Below are positions 8,294 to 20,528 of a DNA stretch of 32,000 bases, piece after piece. The first letter of the stretch is position 1; each line of letters begins with the position of its first letter. The stretch is taken from NCBI RefSeq assembly GCF_009734345.1, contig NZ_CP032551.1, positions 570,001-602,000 on the forward strand, read 5' to 3'. This DNA is from Pseudidiomarina andamanensis. Its GTDB lineage: Bacteria; Pseudomonadota; Gammaproteobacteria; Enterobacterales; Alteromonadaceae. The position numbers and the translations under genes are program-made. The notes below the pieces were generated by a model. It worked only from the letters and a program-made list of their open reading frames with translations. It made no database searches and had not been told where the DNA came from.

Positions 8294-10675
8294 GTGCAGA
8301 ATAACGTACAAGATTATGTGCTTTGGTATGATCAATTAGGGATGAATGACGTCGGTCGTGTGGGCGGTAAAAACGCATCGCTTGGTGAAATGATAAGTCA
8401 TTTGGCTGGAGTAGGTGTCGACGTGCCAAACGGCTTTGCAACGACAGCGGAAGCATTCAATGAGTTTCTCGAACAAAGTGGCGTGAATGAACGTATTCAT
8501 GAAATTTTGGACGATTTGGATACCGATGATGTGAAAGCTTTGGCTGAAGCCGGTAAGAAAATTCGTCAATGGGTAATCGAAACCCCATTCCAGCCTGCAC
8601 TAGATCAAGCCATTCGCGCCGCATACGAGCAGTTGAGCGGTGGTAACGATGAAGTCAGTTTTGCCGTGCGCAGTTCAGCTACAGCTGAAGATATGCCTGA
8701 TGCATCGTTTGCGGGGCAGCAAGAAACGTTTCTAAACGTTCGTGGCATTGATGCCATTATGGAAGCGATTAAGCATGTATTCGCTTCGTTGTTTAATGAC
8801 CGCGCTATTTCATATCGTGTGCACCAAGGTTATGACCATCGCGGTGTAGCTCTTTCTGCTGGTATTCAACGCATGGTGCGAAGCGACATTGCCGCATCAG
8901 GCGTTATGTTCTCAATTGATACCGAGTCTGGCTTTGACCAGGTTGTGTTTATCACCTCATCGTATGGTTTAGGTGAAATGGTGGTGCAGGGCGCAGTCAA
9001 CCCTGACGAGTTCTATGTACACAAACCAACACTGAAAGCTGAGCGACCAGCCGTATTGCGCCGTAATTTAGGTAGCAAAAAAATTCAAATGATCTATTCG
9101 GACGCGACCGACCACGGCAAGCAAACCTCAATTGTCGATATCCCTGCAGAATTGTCTGACAAATTCTCGATTACTGACGACGAAGTTGAAGCGCTTGCTC
9201 GCCAAGCGGTAATTATCGAGCAGCATTATGGTCGTCCAATGGATATCGAATGGGCGAAGGATGGTATCGACGGTAAGCTTTATATTGTTCAAGCCCGTCC
9301 AGAGACCGTGCAGTCGAACAAAACGGGTCAAGCGCTTGAGCGCTACGCGTTAAAATCAAAAAGTGATGTGATAGCGGAAGGTCGTGCTATCGGTCAAAAG
9401 ATTGGCGCGGGTGTTGCACGTGTTCTCAATAACATTTCAGAAATGGACAAAGTGCAGCCAGGCGATGTCTTGGTTACGGACATGACAGACCCAGATTGGG
9501 AACCAATCATGAAGCGCGCTTCGGCAATTGTTACTAACCGTGGTGGACGTACCTGTCACGCAGCGATTATTGCGCGTGAGCTTGGTATTCCTGCGGTGGT
9601 GGGTTGTGGCGATGCCACTGATAAGATTGCTGCCGGAATACCTGTCACTGTGTCGTGTGCCGAAGGTGATACGGGTTACATCTACAACGGTGAGTTAGAA
9701 TTTGACGTGACCACGTCAGATGTTGGCGACATGCCAGCCTTACCGTTAAAAATTATGATGAACGTTGGTAACCCTGATAGGGCCTTCGATTTTGCCAGTT
9801 TGCCACATGCAGGCGTTGGTTTGGCTCGCTTGGAGTTCATTATTAATCGCATGATTGGCGTGCATCCGAAAGCGTTGTTGAACTTCGACCAACAGAGCCC
9901 GGAATTACAAAAACAGATTCGTGGTTACATGGCGGGTTATGAAAGCCCTCGCGAATACTATGTTGGTAAACTTACCGAAGGCATTGCCACCTTAGCGGCG
10001 GCGTTCTCACCAGAGCGCGTTATTGTTCGTATGTCTGATTTCAAATCGAACGAATATGCGAATTTGGTTGGCGGACGCCAGTACGAACCGCATGAAGAAA
10101 ACCCAATGCTCGGCTTCCGCGGTGCTTCACGTTATATTTCAGAAGAATTTCGCGATTGTTTTGCGATGGAATGTGACGCTATCAAACGTGTGCGTAATGA
10201 TATGGGGCTGACCAATGTTGAGGTGATGATTCCATTCGTACGTACTCTTGAAGAAGGTCGCAAAGTAATTGAGTTGCTTGCAGAACAAGGATTGGTGCAG
10301 GGCGAAAATGGCTTGCGTGTCATTATGATGTGCGAATTACCATCGAACGCATTATTAGCTGAGCAGTTCCTAGATATTTTTGATGGGTTCTCAATTGGTT
10401 CAAACGACTTAACCCAATTAACTCTGGGCCTCGATCGCGATTCTGGCGTCATTGCGCATTTATTTGATGAACGCAATGAAGCGGTGAAAGCAATGCTCGC
10501 TATGGCAATTCAAGCCGCGAAAAAGAAAGGCAAATACGTGGGTATTTGTGGTCAAGGGCCATCGGATCATGCTGACTTTGCTGCTTGGTTGGTTGAGCAA
10601 GGCATCGATTCAGTATCGTTGAACCCTGACACGGTGGTTGAGACTTGGTTGTACCTAGCTGAGCATCACGCCTAA
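8294..10675 (+). CDS. ppsA: Phosphoenolpyruvate synthase
   Basis: The ORF is open from 8177, but homology to PpsA starts at [36 protein letters not shown] 8294 is preceded by GAGGA (8282-8286) and gives 793 aa (I recall E. coli PpsA as about 792 aa). Phosphohistidine loop [17 protein letters not shown]. Confidence 0.95.
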   Translation: MQNNVQDYVLWYDQLGMNDVGRVGGKNASLGEMISHLAGVGVDVPNGFATTAEAFNEFLEQSGVNERIHEILDDLDTDDVKALAEAGKKIRQWVIETPFQPALDQAIRAAYEQLSGGNDEVSFAVRSSATAEDMPDASFAGQQETFLNVRGIDAIMEAIKHVFASLFNDRAISYRVHQGYDHRGVALSAGIQRMVRSDIAASGVMFSIDTESGFDQVVFITSSYGLGEMVVQGAVNPDEFYVHKPTLKAERPAVLRRNLGSKKIQMIYSDATDHGKQTSIVDIPAELSDKFSITDDEVEALARQAVIIEQHYGRPMDIEWAKDGIDGKLYIVQARPETVQSNKTGQALERYALKSKSDVIAEGRAIGQKIGAGVARVLNNISEMDKVQPGDVLVTDMTDPDWEPIMKRASAIVTNRGGRTCHAAIIARELGIPAVVGCGDATDKIAAGIPVTVSCAEGDTGYIYNGELEFDVTTSDVGDMPALPLKIMMNVGNPDRAFDFASLPHAGVGLARLEFIINRMIGVHPKALLNFDQQSPELQKQIRGYMAGYESPREYYVGKLTEGIATLAAAFSPERVIVRMSDFKSNEYANLVGGRQYEPHEENPMLGFRGASRYISEEFRDCFAMECDAIKRVRNDMGLTNVEVMIPFVRTLEEGRKVIELLAEQGLVQGENGLRVIMMCELPSNALLAEQFLDIFDGFSIGSNDLTQLTLGLDRDSGVIAHLFDERNEAVKAMLAMAIQAAKKKGKYVGICGQGPSDHADFAAWLVEQGIDSVSLNPDTVVETWLYLAEHHA

Positions 10676-10704
10676 TAGATACATGCAATAAACGAGCGCG
10701 TTTT

Positions 10705-13700
10705 ATGTCGAATTCGGATCACGTATTACCGGTATTTTCAGCATTTGAACGGCGTGAAACGCGCGTCGAAACCATTTATCAAAACTATTTGTTAGCCCTT
10801 GAGCGGGCTGGCTTTGACGGTGATATCGACGGTTCATATAGTGGCCGCTTAATTGCGGCAACTGACAATAGCGTCTATCAGCAATTACCTCAAGCAGTGT
10901 TGTACCCGCGGACTACTGAGGCGGTGCAACAAGCATTCTCGCTCGCCCAGCAAGATACCTTTCGCAGTATTCAGTTTTCACCTCGCGGTGGCGGCACCGG
11001 TACTAATGGCCAGTCACTCACTGCTGGTATTGTGATTGATTTAAGCCGCTATTTTAATCACGTACTCGAAATTGATGCGGAAGCCAGCTGGGTTCGTTGC
11101 CAAACCGGTGTGGTTAAAGACGCACTCAATGATGCCGTGCGTGCAGATGGGCTGTTTTTCTCACCTGATTTATCCACCAGTAACCGTGCCACCATTGGCG
11201 GTATGATCAATACCGATGCCTCAGGGCAAGGGTCGTTGGTTTACGGTAAAACTAGCGATCACATCTTGGAATTGAAAGCTGTTCTACTCAATGGTGAGTG
11301 TATCACCACGGCACCAAAGCCTTTAGCCGAGGCGGAACAGATTGCTGCCGGAGATAGTTTAGAAGCGGCAATTTATCGGCAAGCTATCGCGACTTGTGTT
11401 GGACAGCGTGCTGCAATTGATGACAAATTCCCGCCGTTGAATCGATTTTTGACTGGCTATGATCTGAAGCATTGTTACGATCCAGCTCGTGAACAGATTG
11501 ATATTTCGCGGTTGTTGGCAGGCTCAGAAGGTACCTTAGCATGTATTGTTGAGGCTCGCTTAAACCTGACGGCTATTCCACGGCACAAAGTACTGGTGAA
11601 CGTGAAATACAGTGATTTTCATGCCGCATTACGTAACGCGCCGTTTTTAGTCAAAGCAAGAGCAACGTCGGTCGAAACCATTGACAGTAATGTCTTAGAT
11701 TTAGCCCGTAACGACATTATTTGGCATCAAGTTGCTGAGCAACTGCAGGATGTACCAAATAAACCAATGCGTGGCATTAATATGGTGGAATTTACCGCCG
11801 TCGAAGACGCTGAAATCGATGACAAAGTCGAATGGTTAACGAAAACGCTCGATGAGCTGATTCAAGCAGAGCCTGAATTGGGCATTATTGGCTATCAAGT
11901 GTGTCGTGATGCAGCGAGCATTCAAACGATTTATGCGATGCGCAAAAAAGCAGTGGGATTACTCGGTGCCACAAAAGGGCGTCGAAAGCCGGTTGCGTTC
12001 GCCGAAGATACGGCCGTTCCGCCTGAACAGTTGGCTGATTTTATTGCTGAATTTCGAACGTTACTTGATGAGCATCAATTGCATTACGGCATGTTCGGTC
12101 ATGTTGATGCTGGTGTGTTACATGTACGCCCGGCACTGGACATGAACGATCCTGACGATGAAGTATTACTGCGCAAAATTAGTGATCAAGTGGCCGAATT
12201 GACCGCGAAATATGGCGGTTTGATGTGGGGGGAGCACGGTAAAGGCTACCGCTCTGAATACGCACCGAGTTTTTTTGGTGAAGATTTGTATCAGGAAATA
12301 CAAAAAATTAAAGCCGTCTTTGACTCTGAGAACCGTCTAAATCCGGGTAAAATTTGTACGCCTTGGGGAACAGATGCGCAACTGGTTTCAGTGGATGCCA
12401 CCAAACGTGGTTACTTTGACCGACAAATACCTGTCAGTATTCGTGATGATTACCAAGCAGCAATGAACTGTAACGGCAATGGTTTGTGCTTTAACTATGC
12501 CGCCGATTCAGCCATGTGTCCGTCGTTTAAAGCAACGGGCGATCGTCGTAATTCACCGAAAGGCCGAGCGACGCTAATTCGCGAATGGTTACGCTTAAAT
12601 GCCGCGCAGAACTTTGATCCATCAGGGGTTCCGAAGCAAACGCGTTTGGAATTATTGAAACAAGTTCCGAGTGCAGAGCAATTTGATTTTAATCATGAAG
12701 TTAAAGCGGCCATGGATAGTTGTTTGGCGTGTAAGGCATGCGCGAGTCAGTGCCCGGTAAAAGTTGATGTACCGAGTTTCCGCGCTAAGTTTCTGGCTTG
12801 GTATTACAGTTTATACCGCCGTCCGAGCAAAGATTATTTAGTTAAGAATGTTGAGTCACTGGGGCGCGTTATGGCGAAGTGGCCACGCATTAGCAACTTC
12901 GTTAGCCACAACCCACTAAGCGCTTCGTTAACACGCAAGTGGTTCGGGTATGTCGATGCACCAAAACTATCCGTTCCTTCAACATCGGTGCGATGGAAAG
13001 CACACCAATGGCCGCAGTTAAATGAGGAACAATTAGCGCAGTTGACCGTTGAAGAGCGGCAGAAGTGCGTGGTGGTGGTGCAAGACCCATTTACCAGTTT
13101 TTACGAAGCTGATTTGCTAGAGGCTTTCGGAAAAATCGCCGAGCAGTTGGGTTACAAGCCCGTTCTGTTGGCATTTAAAGGGAACGGCAAAGCTCAGCAT
13201 GTAAAGGGCTTTTTAGACGACTTTAGCCGCACGGTTGATACGGTTGTGGCGCAGTTGAATCAGGTTGCGGCATTAGAGCTGCCAATGATTGGGCTCGATG
13301 CATCTACGGTGTTATGTTTGCATGACGAATATCGCGATTACACCAAGCAACCACTCAATTATCAGGTTCAGTTGGTGCAGGAGTGGTTGTTGGCTGTATT
13401 ACCTGAGCGTGCATCAGCGCTGGCGATGAAATCACCGCAGCGAGCACTGCAGCTGTTATCCCATTGCACGGAACAAACCGCAGTGCCAAAGGCAGCTAAA
13501 GCGTGGCAGCAGATTTTTAATTTCTGGCAAATTCCGCTACAGGTCGAAGCAACAGGGTGTTGTGGTATGGCTGGCACGTTTGGTCATGAAATTGAAAATC
13601 AGCAGGTTAGTCAAACGCTTTATGATATGAGCTGGCGTCAGAAGGTTGAGAAATCTGAAGTTATCACGTTAGCCACAGGCTTTTCGTGCCGTTCGCAAAT

Positions 13701-13767
13701 AAAAAGAATGAGCACAAAAAAGCGGGCACTACACCCGCTTCAATGGTTAGCAGAAAACTGCGCTTAA
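10705..13767 (+). CDS. ydiJ: YdiJ-like FAD-binding and Fe-S/CCG-domain oxidoreductase (putative D-2-hydroxyacid / D-2-hydroxyglutarate dehydrogenase)
   Basis: 1020 aa (I recall E. coli YdiJ as about 1018 aa). N-terminal PCMH-type FAD domain (PRGGGTGTNGQS), ferredoxin-like Cys clusters (CNGNGLC...CPS; CLACKACASQCP) and C-terminal Cys-rich CCG-like repeats (GCCGMAG). It starts 29 nt after the ppsA stop with no hairpin between. Confidence 0.85.
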   Translation: MSNSDHVLPVFSAFERRETRVETIYQNYLLALERAGFDGDIDGSYSGRLIAATDNSVYQQLPQAVLYPRTTEAVQQAFSLAQQDTFRSIQFSPRGGGTGTNGQSLTAGIVIDLSRYFNHVLEIDAEASWVRCQTGVVKDALNDAVRADGLFFSPDLSTSNRATIGGMINTDASGQGSLVYGKTSDHILELKAVLLNGECITTAPKPLAEAEQIAAGDSLEAAIYRQAIATCVGQRAAIDDKFPPLNRFLTGYDLKHCYDPAREQIDISRLLAGSEGTLACIVEARLNLTAIPRHKVLVNVKYSDFHAALRNAPFLVKARATSVETIDSNVLDLARNDIIWHQVAEQLQDVPNKPMRGINMVEFTAVEDAEIDDKVEWLTKTLDELIQAEPELGIIGYQVCRDAASIQTIYAMRKKAVGLLGATKGRRKPVAFAEDTAVPPEQLADFIAEFRTLLDEHQLHYGMFGHVDAGVLHVRPALDMNDPDDEVLLRKISDQVAELTAKYGGLMWGEHGKGYRSEYAPSFFGEDLYQEIQKIKAVFDSENRLNPGKICTPWGTDAQLVSVDATKRGYFDRQIPVSIRDDYQAAMNCNGNGLCFNYAADSAMCPSFKATGDRRNSPKGRATLIREWLRLNAAQNFDPSGVPKQTRLELLKQVPSAEQFDFNHEVKAAMDSCLACKACASQCPVKVDVPSFRAKFLAWYYSLYRRPSKDYLVKNVESLGRVMAKWPRISNFVSHNPLSASLTRKWFGYVDAPKLSVPSTSVRWKAHQWPQLNEEQLAQLTVEERQKCVVVVQDPFTSFYEADLLEAFGKIAEQLGYKPVLLAFKGNGKAQHVKGFLDDFSRTVDTVVAQLNQVAALELPMIGLDASTVLCLHDEYRDYTKQPLNYQVQLVQEWLLAVLPERASALAMKSPQRALQLLSHCTEQTAVPKAAKAWQQIFNFWQIPLQVEATGCCGMAGTFGHEIENQQVSQTLYDMSWRQKVEKSEVITLATGFSCRSQIKRMSTKKRALHPLQWLAENCA

Positions 13768-13779
13768 CGCGCAGCTTTC
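13753..13779. terminator. Hairpin centred on the shared TTAA stop codons of ydiJ (+) and ldh (-); candidate bidirectional terminator
   Basis: GAAAACTGCGC (13753-13763) pairs with GCGCAGCTTTC (13769-13779) at 10 of 11 positions. The loop is TTAAC (13764-13768), which contains TAA 13765-13767 (ydiJ) and TTA 13764-13766 (ldh stop on the minus strand). A-rich 5' and T-rich 3' arm ends give a short U-stretch in both directions. Confidence 0.45.
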
Positions 13780-14807
13780 GCCTTAGCAATCACTTCACGA
13801 GCCATTTGATCGGCAATCTCGCCAGTCGGGCGCTTTTCAGCAGCCGAACGTGTAAAGATTTGATCTAAGGTGTCGTAAATGTCGCGTACGCGCTTGTCAG
13901 TTTCTTCACGGCTCATGTTCGCCGCTTCGCTACAGACGTGAATAACACCACCGGCGTTAATGACGTAATCTGGTGCATACAAGATGCCCATATCCATCAC
14001 AATTTTGTCATGAGCAGGTGTCGCTAATTGGTTGTTTGCACTACCTGCAATGATTTTCGCTTTAATTTGCTTCAGCGTTTCATCATTAACGGTAGCGCCA
14101 AGTGCACATGGCGCATAAACATCTACATCAAGACCATAAATGTCATCTAAACCAACAACAGTAGCGTTCAGTTCTTCCGCTGCGCGTTGACAAGCTTCCT
14201 CGTTAATATCGGTTACGAATAACTGAGCACCTTCTTTAGCACAGTATTCAGCAAAGTCGTAACCAACAGCGCCAAGACCCTGAACAGCTATTTTCAAGCC
14301 ATTGAGGTTGTCACTACCGAATTTATGCTTCGCCGCAGCTTTTAAACCTAAATAAGTACCAAGCGCAGTATGAGGTGAAGGATCACCTGCTTTTTCTGCG
14401 GTACCAGCTACGTAGCTAGTTTCTTCAGCGACATAAGCGATATCGCTGGTGCGAATATTCACGTCTTCGGCTGTGATATAACGACCGCTGAGCGAGTTGA
14501 CAAAACGACCATAGGCACGCATTAATTCTGGTGTTTTAATTGTTTTAGCGTCGCCAATGATAACTGCTTTACCGCCACCAAGTGGCAAGCCGGCTAGGGC
14601 GCTTTTGTAAGTCATACCGCGAGACAGACGAAGTACGTCGGTTAATGCTTCGGCCGACGATGCATAATTCCACAAGCGAGTTCCGCCTAATGATGGCCCA
14701 AGCGTGGTGTCGTGGATGGCAATGATTGCTTTTAAACCTGTTTCTTTATCATGACAAAACACGACTTGTTCGTGTTGGTCGAACTCTTTGTGTTCGAATA
14801 GAGACAT
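13764..14807 (-). CDS. ldh: Leucine (Leu/Val/Phe family) dehydrogenase, NAD-dependent
   Basis: 347 aa with Glu/Leu/Phe/Val dehydrogenase signatures: GPSLGGTRLW, LPLGGGKAVI catalytic Lys region, and Rossmann motif VQGLGAVG. Confidence 0.92.
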   Translation of the reverse strand: MSLFEHKEFDQHEQVVFCHDKETGLKAIIAIHDTTLGPSLGGTRLWNYASSAEALTDVLRLSRGMTYKSALAGLPLGGGKAVIIGDAKTIKTPELMRAYGRFVNSLSGRYITAEDVNIRTSDIAYVAEETSYVAGTAEKAGDPSPHTALGTYLGLKAAAKHKFGSDNLNGLKIAVQGLGAVGYDFAEYCAKEGAQLFVTDINEEACQRAAEELNATVVGLDDIYGLDVDVYAPCALGATVNDETLKQIKAKIIAGSANNQLATPAHDKIVMDMGILYAPDYVINAGGVIHVCSEAANMSREETDKRVRDIYDTLDQIFTRSAAEKRPTGEIADQMAREVIAKAKAAR

Positions 14808-14890
14808 TCTAGGTATTCCTCGTTCATCCCAAAAATTGCGCGAACATTATCATTTTGACGGGTATTTCGCTAGTGAATTACTGAAATAAA

Positions 14891-14912
14891 CTGTTAACGT
14901 TTACGTCAACTG
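14891..14912. promoter_or_regulatory. 22-bp imperfect palindrome, candidate operator in the ldh / DUF4826 divergent region
   Basis: CTGTTAACGTTTACGTCAACTG is 16/22 self-complementary (CnGTTnACGTnnACGTnAACnG) and lies 84-105 nt upstream of the ldh ATG (14807). On the ldh strand it is flanked by TTGCAA and TTTATT hexamers 22 nt apart. Confidence 0.35.
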
Positions 14913-15030
14913 TTGCAAGCAAAGTTTACACCCAGAAAAACCGTTGCGTTTGCGCTTGAAAGCGGTAGTATGACTGGGTGTTTACAGTGTATTTAACAAC
15001 GAATAACAAGTAGTAAAGCGAGAATTAACT

Positions 15031-15449
15031 ATGGTAGAACAACAACCTGAAGCAATGACCGAAGAGCAAGTGTCAGCTTGGGTTCGTGAGCATTTTCAGG
15101 CCGCTAACAAATATTTGGCGGAACAGGGAATTATTAGCGACCAAATTTTATCGAAAGACAGCCGATATCTAGCGCCGTATGTTGCGGTGTGGAAATTTAA
15201 TACGCAAGATAAGAAGACGTTATGGGTTATTAACGGTGATGTACCGACTGACGTTATCGGTGAGAAAGCAGCAAAAGATGCCCGCGATGCCATGCGTTAT
15301 TTCGCGTTGCGTTGGCAGATGCAAGCTGAAGGGGTGTTACAGCAGGCTAAAAACGATCCTGAAAAGCAACGCTATGCGCACTATCTCGTGAATCGTGCAG
15401 AGAATCTGTATCAGTTAAGTACAAGCAAAGATTTGTGGCAGCAACAAGA

Positions 15450-15453
<4 letters not shown>
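15031..15453 (+). CDS. Conserved hypothetical cytoplasmic protein (DUF4826-like)
   Basis: 140-aa ORF with no signal peptide or TM segment. The start ATG 15031 is preceded by GAGAA. The pattern WVREHF..ANKYLAEQGI...LWVINGDVPTD resembles the small gammaproteobacterial family I recall as DUF4826. Coding is supported by length and clean boundaries only. Confidence 0.7.
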
Positions 15454-18626
<3,173 letters not shown>

Positions 18627-18627
<1 letters not shown>

Positions 18628-19757
18628 CAGAGCAATACCTCGTGGTCGGCAAGACGTTGCTCGATAATGCCGCCGCCAAGACAGACTTCATCTTGATAAA
18701 ATACGGCCGATTGCCCTGGGGTGACAGCAGCAACTGGCTCATTGAATTCAACCTGAACCGACCCATTCGGCATTGGCGTAACGCGGCAAGGAATATCTTG
18801 CTGGCGATAACGTGTTTTAACCACACAGGTAAATGGCTGTTGTGGCTGTTCGCGATCAACCCAATGTAATTGACCAGCAATCAAACCGGTGGAATAAAGG
18901 CGAGGATGATGTTTGCCTTGCGCGACTATTAATACATTCCGTGCTACATCCTTATCAACCACATACCACGGCTCATCACTTGAGTCGGCAAGGCCACCAA
19001 TATGTAATCCTTTACGTTGACCAAGCGTGTGATACATCAAGCCTTCGTGCTGGCCGAGCTCAACGCCGTCTACCGATTCAATTGGGCCAGGTTGTGCAGG
19101 AAGATATTGCTGTAGGAAGTCCTTAAACTTACGCTCACCAATAAAGCAAATACCAGTTGAGTCTTTTTTATCGGCCGTGACTAATCCTTGTTCTTCCGCA
19201 ATGCGACGTACTTCTGGCTTTTCGAGCTCGCCAACCGGGAACAGAGTTTGAGCAACATGTGAGTGAGCCAGTGTATACAGGAAATAACTTTGATCTTTAT
19301 TATTGTCTAGCCCGCGCAACAGTTGGAATTTACCGTTATGCTCGCGACGGCGCACATAATGTCCAGTTGCGATATAATCCGCACCTAAAGCGACAGCAGC
19401 AAACTCAAGGAACGCCTTAAATTTGATTTCCTTATTGCACATAATATCTGGGTTTGGCGTACGTCCTGCTCGGTACTCTTCTAAAAAGTACTCGAACACG
19501 TTATCCCAGTATTCTGCAGCGAAATTCACGGTATGTAGCGGAATACCTAACTTTTCGCAAACTGCTTCAGCATCAGCCAAATCACTAGCCGCAGCACAAT
19601 ATTCGTCGGTATCATCTTCTTCCCAATTCTTCATGAACAAGCCTTCAACTTGATAACCTTGTTGCATGAGTAGGTACGCAGATACGGAGGAATCAACCCC
19701 GCCTGACATTCCGACGATAACTTTTTTGTTGGCGTTTTCGCTTGGCATCACAGACAT
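18627..19757 (-). CDS. mnmA: tRNA 2-thiouridine(34) synthase MnmA
   Basis: 376 aa with PP-loop [13 protein letters not shown], catalytic Cys region GICFIGER, and a typical MnmA C-terminal barrel. Its stop overlaps the hflD start by 1 nt. Confidence 0.96.
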
Positions 19758-19797
19758 TTATTTCAATTACACTCACAGTTCATAATGGCGGCGGATT

Positions 19798-20415
19798 TTA
19801 CCACACAGGAGGCTCTTCGCGCCACTCGCCTGGCTGCAAACCACGCAACAGCCATTTACCAATGCCAGCGCGAATGAGACGAAGTGTTGGATGACCAATA
19901 GCCGCTGTCATACGACGCACTTGGCGGTTACGACCTTCGCTAATTTTGATGCAGAGCCAGCAATCAGGAACACTTTTACGTTCGCGCACCGGCGGGTTAC
20001 GTGGCCATAAATTCATCGGCTCATCCATAACAAATGCTTCGGCAGGTAGCGTCATGCCGTCATTCAATTCAACGCCATCGCGCAGTTGTTGCAATGCCGA
20101 TTCAGTTGGAACGCCTTCAACCTGCACCCAATAGGTTTTTGTCATTTTATGTTTCGGGTGACTAATTTTGTGTTGCAGATCGCCATCGTTCGTTAATAAC
20201 AATAAACCTTCGCTATCTTTATCGAGGCGACCAGCAGGATATACGTCATTAAATGGTACAAGACCTTTTAATGTCTGTTCACCATCGGAACCTGAAAATT
20301 GACTTAAGACGCCATACGGTTTGTTCAAGAGTACGAGTTTAGGGTTTGCTGGGCGAGGGCGGCTTGGTGTCGTCTTGCGCCGTGAAAATCGACGTTGCGG
20401 TTTACCCGTGTTCAC
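19798..20415 (-). CDS. rluE: 23S rRNA pseudouridine(2457) synthase RluE
   Basis: RsuA/RluE family with catalytic AGRLDKDSEGLLLLT and GRNRQVRRM. The ORF is open to 20523, but GTG 20415 is preceded by AAGGAG at a 5-nt spacing (minus strand). Homology to E. coli RluE begins only at RRFSRRK.., giving 205 aa. Confidence 0.85.
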   Translation of the reverse strand: MNTGKPQRRFSRRKTTPSRPRPANPKLVLLNKPYGVLSQFSGSDGEQTLKGLVPFNDVYPAGRLDKDSEGLLLLTNDGDLQHKISHPKHKMTKTYWVQVEGVPTESALQQLRDGVELNDGMTLPAEAFVMDEPMNLWPRNPPVRERKSVPDCWLCIKISEGRNRQVRRMTAAIGHPTLRLIRAGIGKWLLRGLQPGEWREEPPVW

Positions 20416-20445
20416 GAGAACTCCTTGAATTAACGAAAAACTTAG

Positions 20446-20456
20446 AAACACATTAT
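20446..20456. repeat. Copy 1 of an exact 11-nt direct repeat AAACACATTAT
   Basis: Identical 11-mer at 20446-20456 and 20518-20528, inside the 111-bp rluE / membrane-protein divergent region. Confidence 0.9.
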
Positions 20457-20479
20457 CCCACAAGTTCACCCTAATGACA

Positions 20480-20509
20480 TTGGTAAGCTCCTCGGGCATG
20501 CCGTATAAT
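20480..20509 (+). promoter_or_regulatory. Candidate sigma70 promoter for the membrane-protein/Bax-like operon
   Basis: TTGGTA (20480-20485), an 18-nt spacer, then a perfect TATAAT (20504-20509). It lies 18 nt upstream of ATG 20527. Confidence 0.45.
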
Positions 20510-20517
20510 TGCCAATA

Positions 20518-20528
20518 AAACACATTAT
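20518..20528. repeat. Copy 2 of an exact 11-nt direct repeat AAACACATTAT
   Basis: See copy 1. This copy runs into the ATG at 20527-20529. Confidence 0.9.

Noticed and set aside
20416-20523. N-terminal extension of rluE (ORF open to 20523; alternative ATG at 20499).
   Set aside because: Similarity to RluE starts only after GTG 20415, which has a strong AAGGAG at a 5-nt spacing. The extension would run through a perfect TATAAT box of the divergent gene and encodes low-complexity Phe/Leu-rich sequence.
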